A stretch of 62,370 bases of DNA, filler included, from Basidioascus undulatus (taxonomy: Eukaryota): assembly GCA_000826855.1 (NCBI GenBank). It is 8 parts of 8 records of this genome, joined end to end, with 100 filler letters (N's around TTAATTAATTAA, not from the genome) between each part and the next. Parts side by side here need not be neighbours in the genome. Positions count along the whole stretch, not along the records: positions 36,540 to 59,737 come from JTLS01000272.1; positions 59,838 to 62,370 come from JTLS01002720.1; 6 more parts are not named here. One strand, 5' to 3'. Within the stretch, counting starts at the first letter, position 1, and every line of letters begins with the position of its first letter. Shown here piece by piece: positions 51,763 through 62,370 of this stretch. Position numbers and translations under genes: made by a program. The notes below the pieces were generated by a model. It did not search any database, was not told the origin of the DNA, and saw nothing but the letters and a program-made list of their open reading frames with translations.

Positions 51763-53968
51763 TCACCAATCCTCGCCCTCCCCGACCGCAACCATACGCC
51801 GCACGCCGCCCACCACCTCTCTCCAGCGATCACGTTCCGCCTCGGCGCTTTTCAGAGCGGCAGCCAATCTAGAAATCTCCGCCTCGAGCGCCCGGATCCG
51901 ACCCAGGTCGGCGTCGACTGTCTGGCGCGGCGCAGAAAGCGAGCGGGGAGAGATTGGGGGAGAGGGAGCATCTCTTGATGCGGCGGGAGAGAGAAGGGTG
52001 GGCGATGTCGGAGGGCGGGGGTCGGGCGAGAGGAAGACGAGGAACGGTGTGAGGAGGGGTGACGGAGGGCGAGGATGCAGGTAGGTAACTGGGTCGCGGG
52101 CTTTGAGTTCGAGAGCTTCTGCGTCACAGGCACGGCACTCACCTTTGCCAGACGAATCGACCGGCTCGTAGCGTCCCTCGTCCTCGTCACGCACGACGCG
52201 AATCTCGACCTTGTCCCTAGCCTCATCGAAGAAGCTCTTCCTGCGCGCCCTCTTCCCGTAGGAGCCGTCGGATCCGAGTAGCGTCGACACACTACGCCCG
52301 TCGTCCGAGCTTGTCTCGTTGCCCCCGTCGGTGCGCGAGTAGGCAGACGCCGACTCGGAGTCATCGTCATCGCTGCCTGCGTAACCTAGCGCCGGCCCGT
52401 TCAGCGCGATGACGCTCGACGCGTCCTGGTCGCTGGCGACTTCGGGGGCGAACGCATCCTCGTCGGCGTCGACGTTGAACAGGCTGTCCGACATGTCGTT
52501 CCAGTGCTCGAGGAGGAAACGCATCACGTCTTCTGCGTCGCGCAGATCGGCGTGCTCCCGCGGAGCGAGCAGCGCTGGGCCAAACAGCCGCGCTAGGTCG
52601 TCGATCTCGAGGCCATTCTCGGGGAAGAGCGGGACGTGGGAGAGGAACGCGAGGAGGTAGACGAGGAGGCTGAAGTTGGCGGAGGGCAGTAGACGAAGGA
52701 GAATCTGCGCGGCGCTGACGCTGTTGACTGTGAGGAACGCGTCCCACAGCGACTGGTCGAGCACAGGCTCGGGAAGGTCGGAAAGGTACTTGAGAAGAAG
52801 GTCGCACAGGGCGGGGAGTGGCTCGGCAGCGAGCGCGACCGAGGCGCCGTAGGTTGGGGAGCAATCGAAGTACCTCGCGAGATGGGAGACGTGCGTGGCA
52901 GAGGCGGGTTGGCGAAAGAGGAAGGGATCGGTCATGCCTGCGCGTTGAGTGTCAGCTGCCGAAGCGGAGCGTAGATTGCGCGAAAGGCAAACGTGCCTCG
53001 CCGGAAGATCTCCTCGGTCAGCGAGAAGACAATGATCGGAAGCTCATGGCGCGCCCCAGATATGATCGTCGTAGTTGAAGCGTAGAGCGACGCGAGGGCG
53101 AGCGGCACACCAAACACAGCGCCTGCGCAGGCCAAACGTCAGCTGCTGCAAGTGAAGCCAGATGTCGGAAGAACGCACTTTGCCTCCTCGTTCGCTGGAA
53201 AGGGTCTCCCTGCACGCTTCCCTCGTCCCCGAGGGCGAGTACGCGCGGTACGTCGATGATCCCCGTGAGCTTGTGCAGGAGCCGGAGACGGGCGCCCTTT
53301 GACGAGACAGCGGTGGATGCGCAGGACGTTGCGGGGGAGGCGGGGCGCGGCGAGGGAGCGGGAGTGGGGGAAGGCGACGCGGGGGAGAATAGGTGGAGCG
53401 GCACAGCGGTTCGCGGAGGGGTGTCGGATGCGCGGCGGAGCGTGGACAGCGGCGAGGGTTGGATGAACGGAGACCGCGTATGAGTTCCCCAAGTCCCTGA
53501 CGTTGACGACGCCGACTGTCGGCGGTCTCGGAACCCTGCCTGCCACCCGCTCCGCTCCTCCCCGCTGTCGTCCCTATGCGCAGCCTCGATGGAGATGATC
53601 GAGTCCGGCTCGCTCGAACGCCAGCTCGCCAGCGGGTCGTACTGGGCGGCGTTAGGAAACACGGCCGGACCGCTCGCCCTGCGGGTTGTATTGAGCGGCG
53701 GGTATAGGCTGAGGGAAGCTGCCGTCGGGGGCGGAGCGTACGACGCGCGGCGGGCGAAAGCGTTGGTAGGTGTGCAGAAGTAATCGGCGTGTGGGCGCGG
53801 GGGGTGCAGGTATTGGGACGACCGACGTGGCGCGGAGCTCGGGTGGCGCGGGGCAAGCGAAGGCGGGTGGTCCCGCGTCGGCGAGGGGGAGAGATAGGAC
53901 TTTGAAGAGGAAGAGGTACGCGAACGAGCACCGGGCTGCTGCGTGGTGCGAGTGCGAGAGTACGACAT
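51763..53968 (-). CDS. RhoGAP-domain protein
   Basis: Low-complexity N-terminus, VFGVPL..LPIIVFSLTEEIFRRGM..LFR (Arg finger), LLLKYLSDLPEPVL, LLPSANFSLLVYLLAFL..N..LARLFGPALL, C-terminal coiled coil. Confidence 0.85.
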
Positions 53969-54376
53969 CGCGAATGGAAGGGGCCTGCCCGATAGCGTAG
54001 AATAATTGAGGTGGAGTGAAAGCGAGGACCGGCTCGCGAAGGAGTCAAGTGATGAAGGCGAAAGGAGAGGGTAAAGAAGCGAGCGAGATGCATGGTAGAG
54101 TCGCGAGGAGTAGGTCAGTCTGGATAAGCCAGAGCGCGTCATGCGAAGCTTGTAGCCAGTCGGCGTCTCAACCCCAGTCCGTCAACCACCAGTCCGCGGT
54201 GACAGGCTCGAGCCCCCTTAGTATCTACATCATCACCAGCACCAAGACACAGAAGATGATCCTAACGCGACTGAAAAGTCGTACTGCGAACTCGACCGGT
54301 CAAGCGCAATCCCGCGCGATCAAATGGACTCGCACCTCTACATCCTTCCACCGTCTAGAAAGCATTGGACCTCCGT

Positions 54377-56405
<2,029 letters not shown>

Positions 56406-57278
56406 GGCTGTTTTCAAGGAAGACGGTGGGAGTATTCTAGATGGACGCAGGAGAGGTAGGGTAAATCGCATCGACCAGCTGGCTGAGATGGAGAGAGGTC
56501 AAGGAGCAGACGCGAGGCGCCCCCTCGGGACGGTGAGCGGCCACGGCCGGTGCAGTTACGTCAGGTGAAGTCGCGAAACGGTGGAGGCACAGTCAGGCAA
56601 AGCATCGGGGAGCTGTGCACATGTGTGTATGCCGCAACGTGTATCCAGGCAGGCTGCAAGATAAGAACAAATTGAGAATCAGGGGTGTAAGGGACATTGA
56701 TGGCTTCGTCGAATGGTTCGAGACTGTAAGGTAATGAAAAAAGAAGTAGCTTAACCTGGTTTCGCTCCAGAGACCTGTGGGTTATGAGGCCACCGTGCTT
56801 TCCCTGCGCCATCAAGATGTATGACCGGCGCTCAAAAACTTATATAAATCACTTTCAACGCGAGGGTGTGATTTAACAGCTGATACCTGATGGTGCTACG
56901 CTGAACCGGTATACAAAGTATTACGAAGACGTACTATAATTCATCCGCCGTAGACCATACGCGTGGGCTGGCCCGGCCAGTTGCCGTGGTATCAAGTAGT
57001 GTTTGTCTCGCGCTTCTTCATTTTGAACTCAGCTGTATTTCAAGTTACCTCTGAGCTTAACTGTGGCATGCATGCATTTCCGTGTAGTGGTTTGCTGCCC
57101 ACATTCAACCACGGAACCCAATCGACCGTCCAGCGATAGCGGTATTTGTATCATGAAACCATCAGCGAGCCTCTACTGCGAGCCCATCTTCTCTCTTCCC
57201 ACCGGCCTTCCCTCCTCCCTCCCACACCTACAGCTCTTCCGCACATATCTTACAACTCAACTCCAATCTTGCACCGCC

Positions 57279-58948
57279 ATGTCTCCCACCATCCCGCCTT
57301 ACAAGGCCGCCGCGGTCCATGCGTCACCGGCGTTCATGAATAAGCAGGCGGGGATCGAGAAAGGTGCGGGGTTCCGTTCGCACTGCACACTGCCTTTCGT
57401 GCGCCCAGCGATAACGATGACATCAACACCTTTACAGTCACCCACTACATCAACGAGGCCTCCACGCAGTCTATCAAGCTCCTCGTCTTCCCCGAAATCT
57501 TCATGTCCGTCCGCTCTCCGTCCCCTCCCCTGTCGTCTTCGCGCAGTCACGCCCCAACAGACCAGGCTACCCGTATTTCATCGAGTGCTACCAACGCAGG
57601 CGAGCGCGCTCGCAGCGTACGCGCAGGAGAGCGTGGAGGTCGACGGCCCCGAGATCCGGCGCGTGCAGGATGCGTGCAGGGCTAAGGGCCTCGCGGTAGT
57701 CCTAGACATCAACGAGCGCGTGAAGGGCGGGTTCACCTGCTTTAACAGCCAGGTGTTTATTGAGGGTGACGGGTCGATTTTGGGCGTGCATCGGAAGGTG
57801 TGTGGGCGCCCCTGGAGAGCGGGCAGTAACGCTGGCAATTACCGTGCGAACTCACAGCTGCAACCGACTTATGTTGAGCGCATCGTGAGTCCCCCTTCGA
57901 CTCTACGAAACCACATCTTCCCAAGTCAGAGAAAGCACAGCTCACGCCCTCCACGCCTGAGCGCAGATCTGGGCCCAAGGCTCCGGCTTCACGCTCCGGA
58001 CGTATCCCTCCAAGCTCGGCATCCTCGGCGGCATCACGTGCTGGGAGAACACGATGAACACTGCGCGGCAGGCGCTCATCGAGGGCGGGCAGCAGATCCA
58101 CGCGAGCGCGTGGCCCGTGCTGAGCACCATGGCGGGCTTCGAGGCCGTGGGGGATTCGCAAATCGGTGCGCCGTCGCTCCTCCCCCTCTTCCCCCTCGTT
58201 CTTCTCTTGCTGTTTTCTTTCCCCATTCTGACTTTCGGGACTTTCGTTGTTGTGATTTGATAGACGCGATGACCAAGACGCATGGCCTAACGGGGCAGGT
58301 GTTCCGTCTGCGCGGGGCACCCGGTCGGGCAGGACTGCCCTGATGGCGCGCGAGCTTGGCTCGCAGGAGTTTGTCAAGCCCGGAGGAGGGTACAGCGCTG
58401 TCGTCCAGCCGTTTGGCGCGTACCTCGCCGGCCCGCATAAGGAGGATGAGAAGCTCGTCGTGGGCGAGATCGACTTGGCGCAGGTAGGTCAGGGGTCGTT
58501 TGCTGGGGCGTCTGTCTGTCCTGTTCTAAAATTTGGTTTGTTCCTTGCAGTTGGGGGTAGTGAAAGTCTTGATCGACTCCGCTGGTAGCTCCCTCAGTCT
58601 CCGGGCCCCTCTCATCTCTTACTAACTGCGTTCCACCAACCCTTCTTCCTTCCTCCTTCCTCCTTTCAGTCCCCACTCTCCAACCCCCACCGTCGCCAGG
58701 CCACTACCGCCGCCCCGAGATCCTCCAAACGCGCGTGAACCGCCTCCCGCTCTGGCCAGGACGCGGCCGTCGGCCGCCCGCGCGCGTACGGCGACGGCCC
58801 CGGCCACAGCCACAGCCAGGCGGCAGACGACGGGGCGGCGTTGTTCGCGAGCGGCGAGCGCACCGACGAGCGCGGGATTGCGGGCTGGATCAAGGATGGG
58901 AAGGCTAGGAGGGGGGGGTGGACATTTAGAGGCGGACGCTGTGGGTAG
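57279..58948 (+). pseudogene. Nitrilase (CN-hydrolase branch 1) with several frameshifting lesions
   Basis: Catalytic triad FPE / HRKLQPTYVER / GITCWENTMN is present. Frame breaks occur near 57590, 58305, 58342 and probably 58760. Confidence 0.82.
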
Positions 58949-59737
58949 TGAGGGAGTTTCAGAGGTGAGCCTCAGGGTGGTTCCTTGATTAGGGAATTAG
59001 AGAGAGAGAGAACTGGGCAAGTGGATACGCACGTCTTCCGCACGACCCCTCGCCAGAGCACGACTTCCAGCTTCTCCCTGAGCATGCTCCACACGCCGAG
59101 GCGGCAGAAGAACTGGCACGCGCGGTCGGACTCGAGCGCGCGCTTGAGCGCGAGCGGGTTCGCGGCGCGCAGGGCTGCGAAGAGGGGCGCGAAGGGGGCG
59201 GTGAGGTTGAAGGCTTCTAGGAGGGCTGGGGAGGGCGCGAGGCCGAGGACGAGGTTGGTTACGAGGAGGGGGGCGAGGATCCGGCTGTGGGAGGGAAGAA
59301 GGTGAGGGGGAGGGTGTGCGAGTGGAAAGCAGGGGGGTGTGGGAGGAAGGGAGGGGAGGGTGTGCGCACCGTTTATTCCTCCAAGCGAAGTTTGCACAAT
59401 CCGTGAAAGCGGTCTCCAGATGCCTATGCGCCTCGCGGATCCTCCACTCCTGAACGAGCTTGTACCTCCCGACCCAATAGTTATACATGACTTGCTCCGA
59501 GCGCGGGTACTCGCCGAGGCGGTGCACGAACGCGTGCGTGCCTTTGACGATGGTGGGCATGCTGCGGAGGCGCTGCGTGTGGAAGTAGAGCTCGCAGAGC
59601 AGGTTCGCGAGACTAAACAGCGCGGGCGTCTTGCCTGGCCGGTCGGTCGCCGCGAGGGTGAAGGCCCGCGAGAGGTGCTTTACTGCCGAGGAGGCGTAGT
59701 GGTAGGAGGTCGGACGGTGGTGGGGGGAGACGGCGTC
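58890..59737 (-). CDS. PCI-domain protein (Thp1/Csn12/PCID2-like), 5' cut by contig end and 3' apparently truncated
   Basis: LANLLCELYF, YPRSEQVMYNYWVGRY, AF..C...WRNKRRIL..L..NLVLGLAP, LREKLEVVLWRGVVRK. Confidence 0.8.
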
Positions 59738-59897
59738 NNNNNNNNNNNNNNNNNNNNNNNNNNNNNNNNNNNNNNNNNNNNTTAATTAATTAANNNNNNN
59801 NNNNNNNNNNNNNNNNNNNNNNNNNNNNNNNNNNNNNCTCTTCAATCGCTACATCCGCTCTTCTACCTTCCTCCTCAACTCACCCGCTCAGTCAGCC

Positions 59898-60507
59898 ATG
59901 CGCGCCTTCACCATCGCTTCTACCCTCCTCATCGCGACTCTCGCGTCCGTCTCGGCGCTGCCCGACGGGAAGCAGCCGTTCATTCACGACAAGTCGCACA
60001 AGGCCAACTCCTGCAATGCGGGCCAGACCGAGTTCTGCTGGTAGGTTGAACACTTGCAGCTTTCTATCCTTTTGAGCGGGACTGACAGTTAATTCTCTCC
60101 CGGGCCTTGCAGCTCTAGCATCGCGGAGAAATCGACCCCCAACTCGCACAAGTTTGGCAAGATGCTCCCGATCGGGGACGGTCTCTTCGGAGGGGGCTGT
60201 AGCCAAGTGAGTGCCATGGCCATGACAGCTACCCTTCAAGCACATCATAGCTCATGAAAATTATGCGACAACCACAGGTTGGCCGCCAGTTCAACCTGTT
60301 CGCGTGGTGGGGCGTCGAAAACAAGGTCGAGCCAAAGTGCGAGAAGCAGACTGTCTGCTGCGACGGAGACCACAAGTCCCTCATTGACATCAGCTGCAAC
60401 GTGAGTCATGCGAACACTAGCTGACAGATGCTCAAAACGTTTAGAAGTGGCTAACTGACATCCTGCCCATCCAGGCGATCGACTTCCTCAAGATCGATCT
60501 GAAGTAG
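59898..60507 (+). CDS. Class I hydrophobin (secreted, 8 Cys); exons about 59898-60040, 60113-60206, 60278-60400, 60475-60507
   Basis: Signal peptide MRAFTIASTLLIATLASVSA. Spliced spacing is C-X7-CC-X28-C-X22-C-X5-CC-X11-C. The gene is absent from the ORF track because of introns. Confidence 0.88.
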
Positions 60508-60979
60508 ATAATGTCCCGATGCACCGGATGGTCGCGGACCATCGCCAGGCGCTTTCCAGACGTCCCCCTCCCCCCTCCTTCGTGTTCTCCCTCTTTTCGC
60601 TTAGCCATTCCAATATACCCACCTTTGACCGTGCTATGTTTTCATTGCATTGTCCTCCCTTAATCACTCCCATCGCAACTGCCGGTCCTTGATCCTTCGA
60701 TTGTAATCACATTCGCTTACCATTGTTTATTTCGCGTTTAATTTGTCCTTTGCACCGCAAACTTATCTGCAGATCAATAATTGATGCAGTGCCATCCACA
60801 TTCTTGATGTTTCATCCTGTGTGCTTGCACCAGTGAGACAGTGCATGCACCTCCGTTCACCTTCACCAATCCCCCGAAGGTTCAACTGCATTGACTCGAT
60901 TGGCTATCTGAAATGCCTGTGACGGCATATGTCATCTGCAGGGTTTTGTTTAAATGTCCTGCCATTGTCTTCGCGTTGT

Positions 60980-61805
60980 TCAAACGTGTACCTCGACACT
61001 CCCTCCCACTCCAGCGCAGGCGGCGAGGCAGTCTCCGGCGAGCTCGACCGACACGGAGCGCTTGCGCGGCTTCACATTCTCCTCGTCAGCCTCGAGGTCG
61101 GCGAGCTCGGCCTGTTCAGAAATGTGCGCACGTGCAGACGGGCACGCCGGGGGGCGCGGGCCTCGTTGCTGCTGGCTGGCATCAAGGCGTAAGACGCTGT
61201 CGGCGCAGGCGCAGGAGAGGCGTTTGCAAAGGAGGTCCGCGGTCCAGTGAGACTGCGGTCTCGAGAAAAACACAAAGAGACGTACCCCGAGCCATCTGCA
61301 GTGGTCGATGAGTCTCGGGAACAGCCGGCGGGAGAAGTTTCCACCATACGTACCTTTCGGCCGGTATTTGAACGCAAGTAAGGATTGTTGACTCGGTCGA
61401 CCCAGGTGGTGCTGACGGTCGCCTGCCGCTTGGGGATGACTTAGCGCTTCGCTGAGGCTGTGGACACAAGAGGACAAGCACTGTCAACGAGCGCCTGCTT
61501 TGCTGGGAACAAATGCGTAACTCAAGCAGCACGGTGAGCGAGCGCCTTCTTCGACTTCTCGTTCATCGGGCGGTCGTCCAGCTCCTGCCCCCTCGTCTTG
61601 AACGGCATGGCGGGCCCGAGCCGGACGTGGTGTCAACGGTGAGCTTGATCCTCCCGACGTTGCCGATGAACGCCTCGTCTACCGTTGGCCTCAGAGGACT
61701 ATCTGAAAATACTGTGTTGGCCTTCAATTGATTTATGCACTCGATTTTGGCCAGTGGTTTCCTCATCCTCCTTATCGGAATGTCCTCAGGTGGCTTGCCT
61801 GCCAT
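60980..61805 (-). pseudogene. Degenerate unidentified coding remnant
   Basis: Protein-like pieces in several frames (AKIECINQLKANTVF, KYRPKGTYGGNFSRRLFPRLIDHCRWLG, DLEADEENVKPRKR) with GT..AG intron-like gaps. Confidence 0.35.
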
Positions 61806-62286
61806 CCTTGCACCGTAGTAAAAGAGCGGTCAGACCAAGGGTCAGACATCGACAATTTGGGCAGACATCTGTACGGCTATCGATAACTCTTAAAAGCTGT
61901 TACTTTTGTCTCTTTTTTCTCGAACCCATACGCACTGGCAACGCAACGTGACGCGCGGCTTCTACGCCTGTCAAGTTGTTGTTCGACATCGGCGAACCAA
62001 GAGTTCACGCGACGCTTACCATTACGCTGTCCTGTTCAATTTACGAGATACCGCCCCTTCCCCCTTCTCAACAACTTCTTCTCTTGTAATGAGAGGCTTC
62101 CCTCAGCCGAGATGGCGCGGGATGTGCGGGTCCAAAAGGCGGGACAACATAGCCACCCAGTATTGTATGCCCCGCCCCCCGGTGGTCGCTAAACACGCCT
62201 TTCGTCTGTATTTAAAGTCTGGGGCTCACAGCGCCTCCCACATCCTGCATTCACCCCTCTTCCGTGCTCCAGACAGCCCTCTCGCA

Positions 62287-62370
62287 CTCTTCAATCGCTA
62301 CATCCGCTCTTCTACCTTCCTCCTCAACTCACCCGCTCAGTCAGCCATGCGCGCCTTCACCATCGCTTCT
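62287..62370 (+). repeat. 84-nt exact copy of 59838-59921 (hydrophobin 5' UTR and first codons; ATG at 62347)
   Basis: Direct comparison shows identity with an offset of 2449 bp. A TATA-like TATTTAAA lies upstream near 62209. Confidence 0.95.

Noticed and set aside
53044..54093. Long overlapping alternative-frame ORFs here and elsewhere
   Set aside because: These are expected shadows of GC-rich coding sequence.
61280..61380. KYRPKGTYGG as a GNAT acetyl-CoA binding motif
   Set aside because: The resemblance is too weak without a profile search.

Overview
This is GC-rich, intron-dense fungal nuclear DNA, most likely from a basidiomycete (short GT(A/G)CGT/GTGAGT...CTRAC...YAG introns). It is not one locus. 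Eight contigs are joined by seven identical 100-nt artificial spacers (44N-TTAATTAATTAA-44N), and their lengths (23223+, 2549, 2547, 2544, 2538, 2538, 23198, 2533+) suggest sorting by name or size rather than physical order. Recognisable genes are an EXS (SYG1/XPR1-like) protein, a NUDT19-like Nudix hydrolase, a GH3 beta-glucosidase, a Tlg1/syntaxin-6-type SNARE, YRA1/ALYREF, a secreted tyrosinase, a Sec7-PH ARF-GEF, a MIT-domain protein, UBP8/USP22, an ARA2-like aldo-keto reductase, tRNA-Gln(CTG), a COG0523/CobW GTPase, a RhoGAP, NPY1/NUDT12, a PCI-domain protein and a class I hydrophobin. There is also a decayed Ty1/copia element and several disrupted genes (two LRR-like paralogues, KRE6/SKN1, a fasciclin, a surface glycoprotein and a nitrilase). 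The most notable observations are: (i) a hydrophobin contig whose two ends are identical over 84 nt, implying a 2449-bp tandem or circular unit; (ii) a 747-bp hAT-type non-autonomous element with TIRs, an exact 8-bp TSD and possible captured cargo; (iii) a run of decaying cell-surface genes and an apparently deletion-fused nitrilase/PCI gene pair; (iv) a long, weak-branchpoint intron in YRA1; and (v) apparent dual mitochondrial/peroxisomal targeting of the NUDT19-like enzyme. I found no convincing novel multi-gene system. Exon boundaries were read by eye and are approximate.
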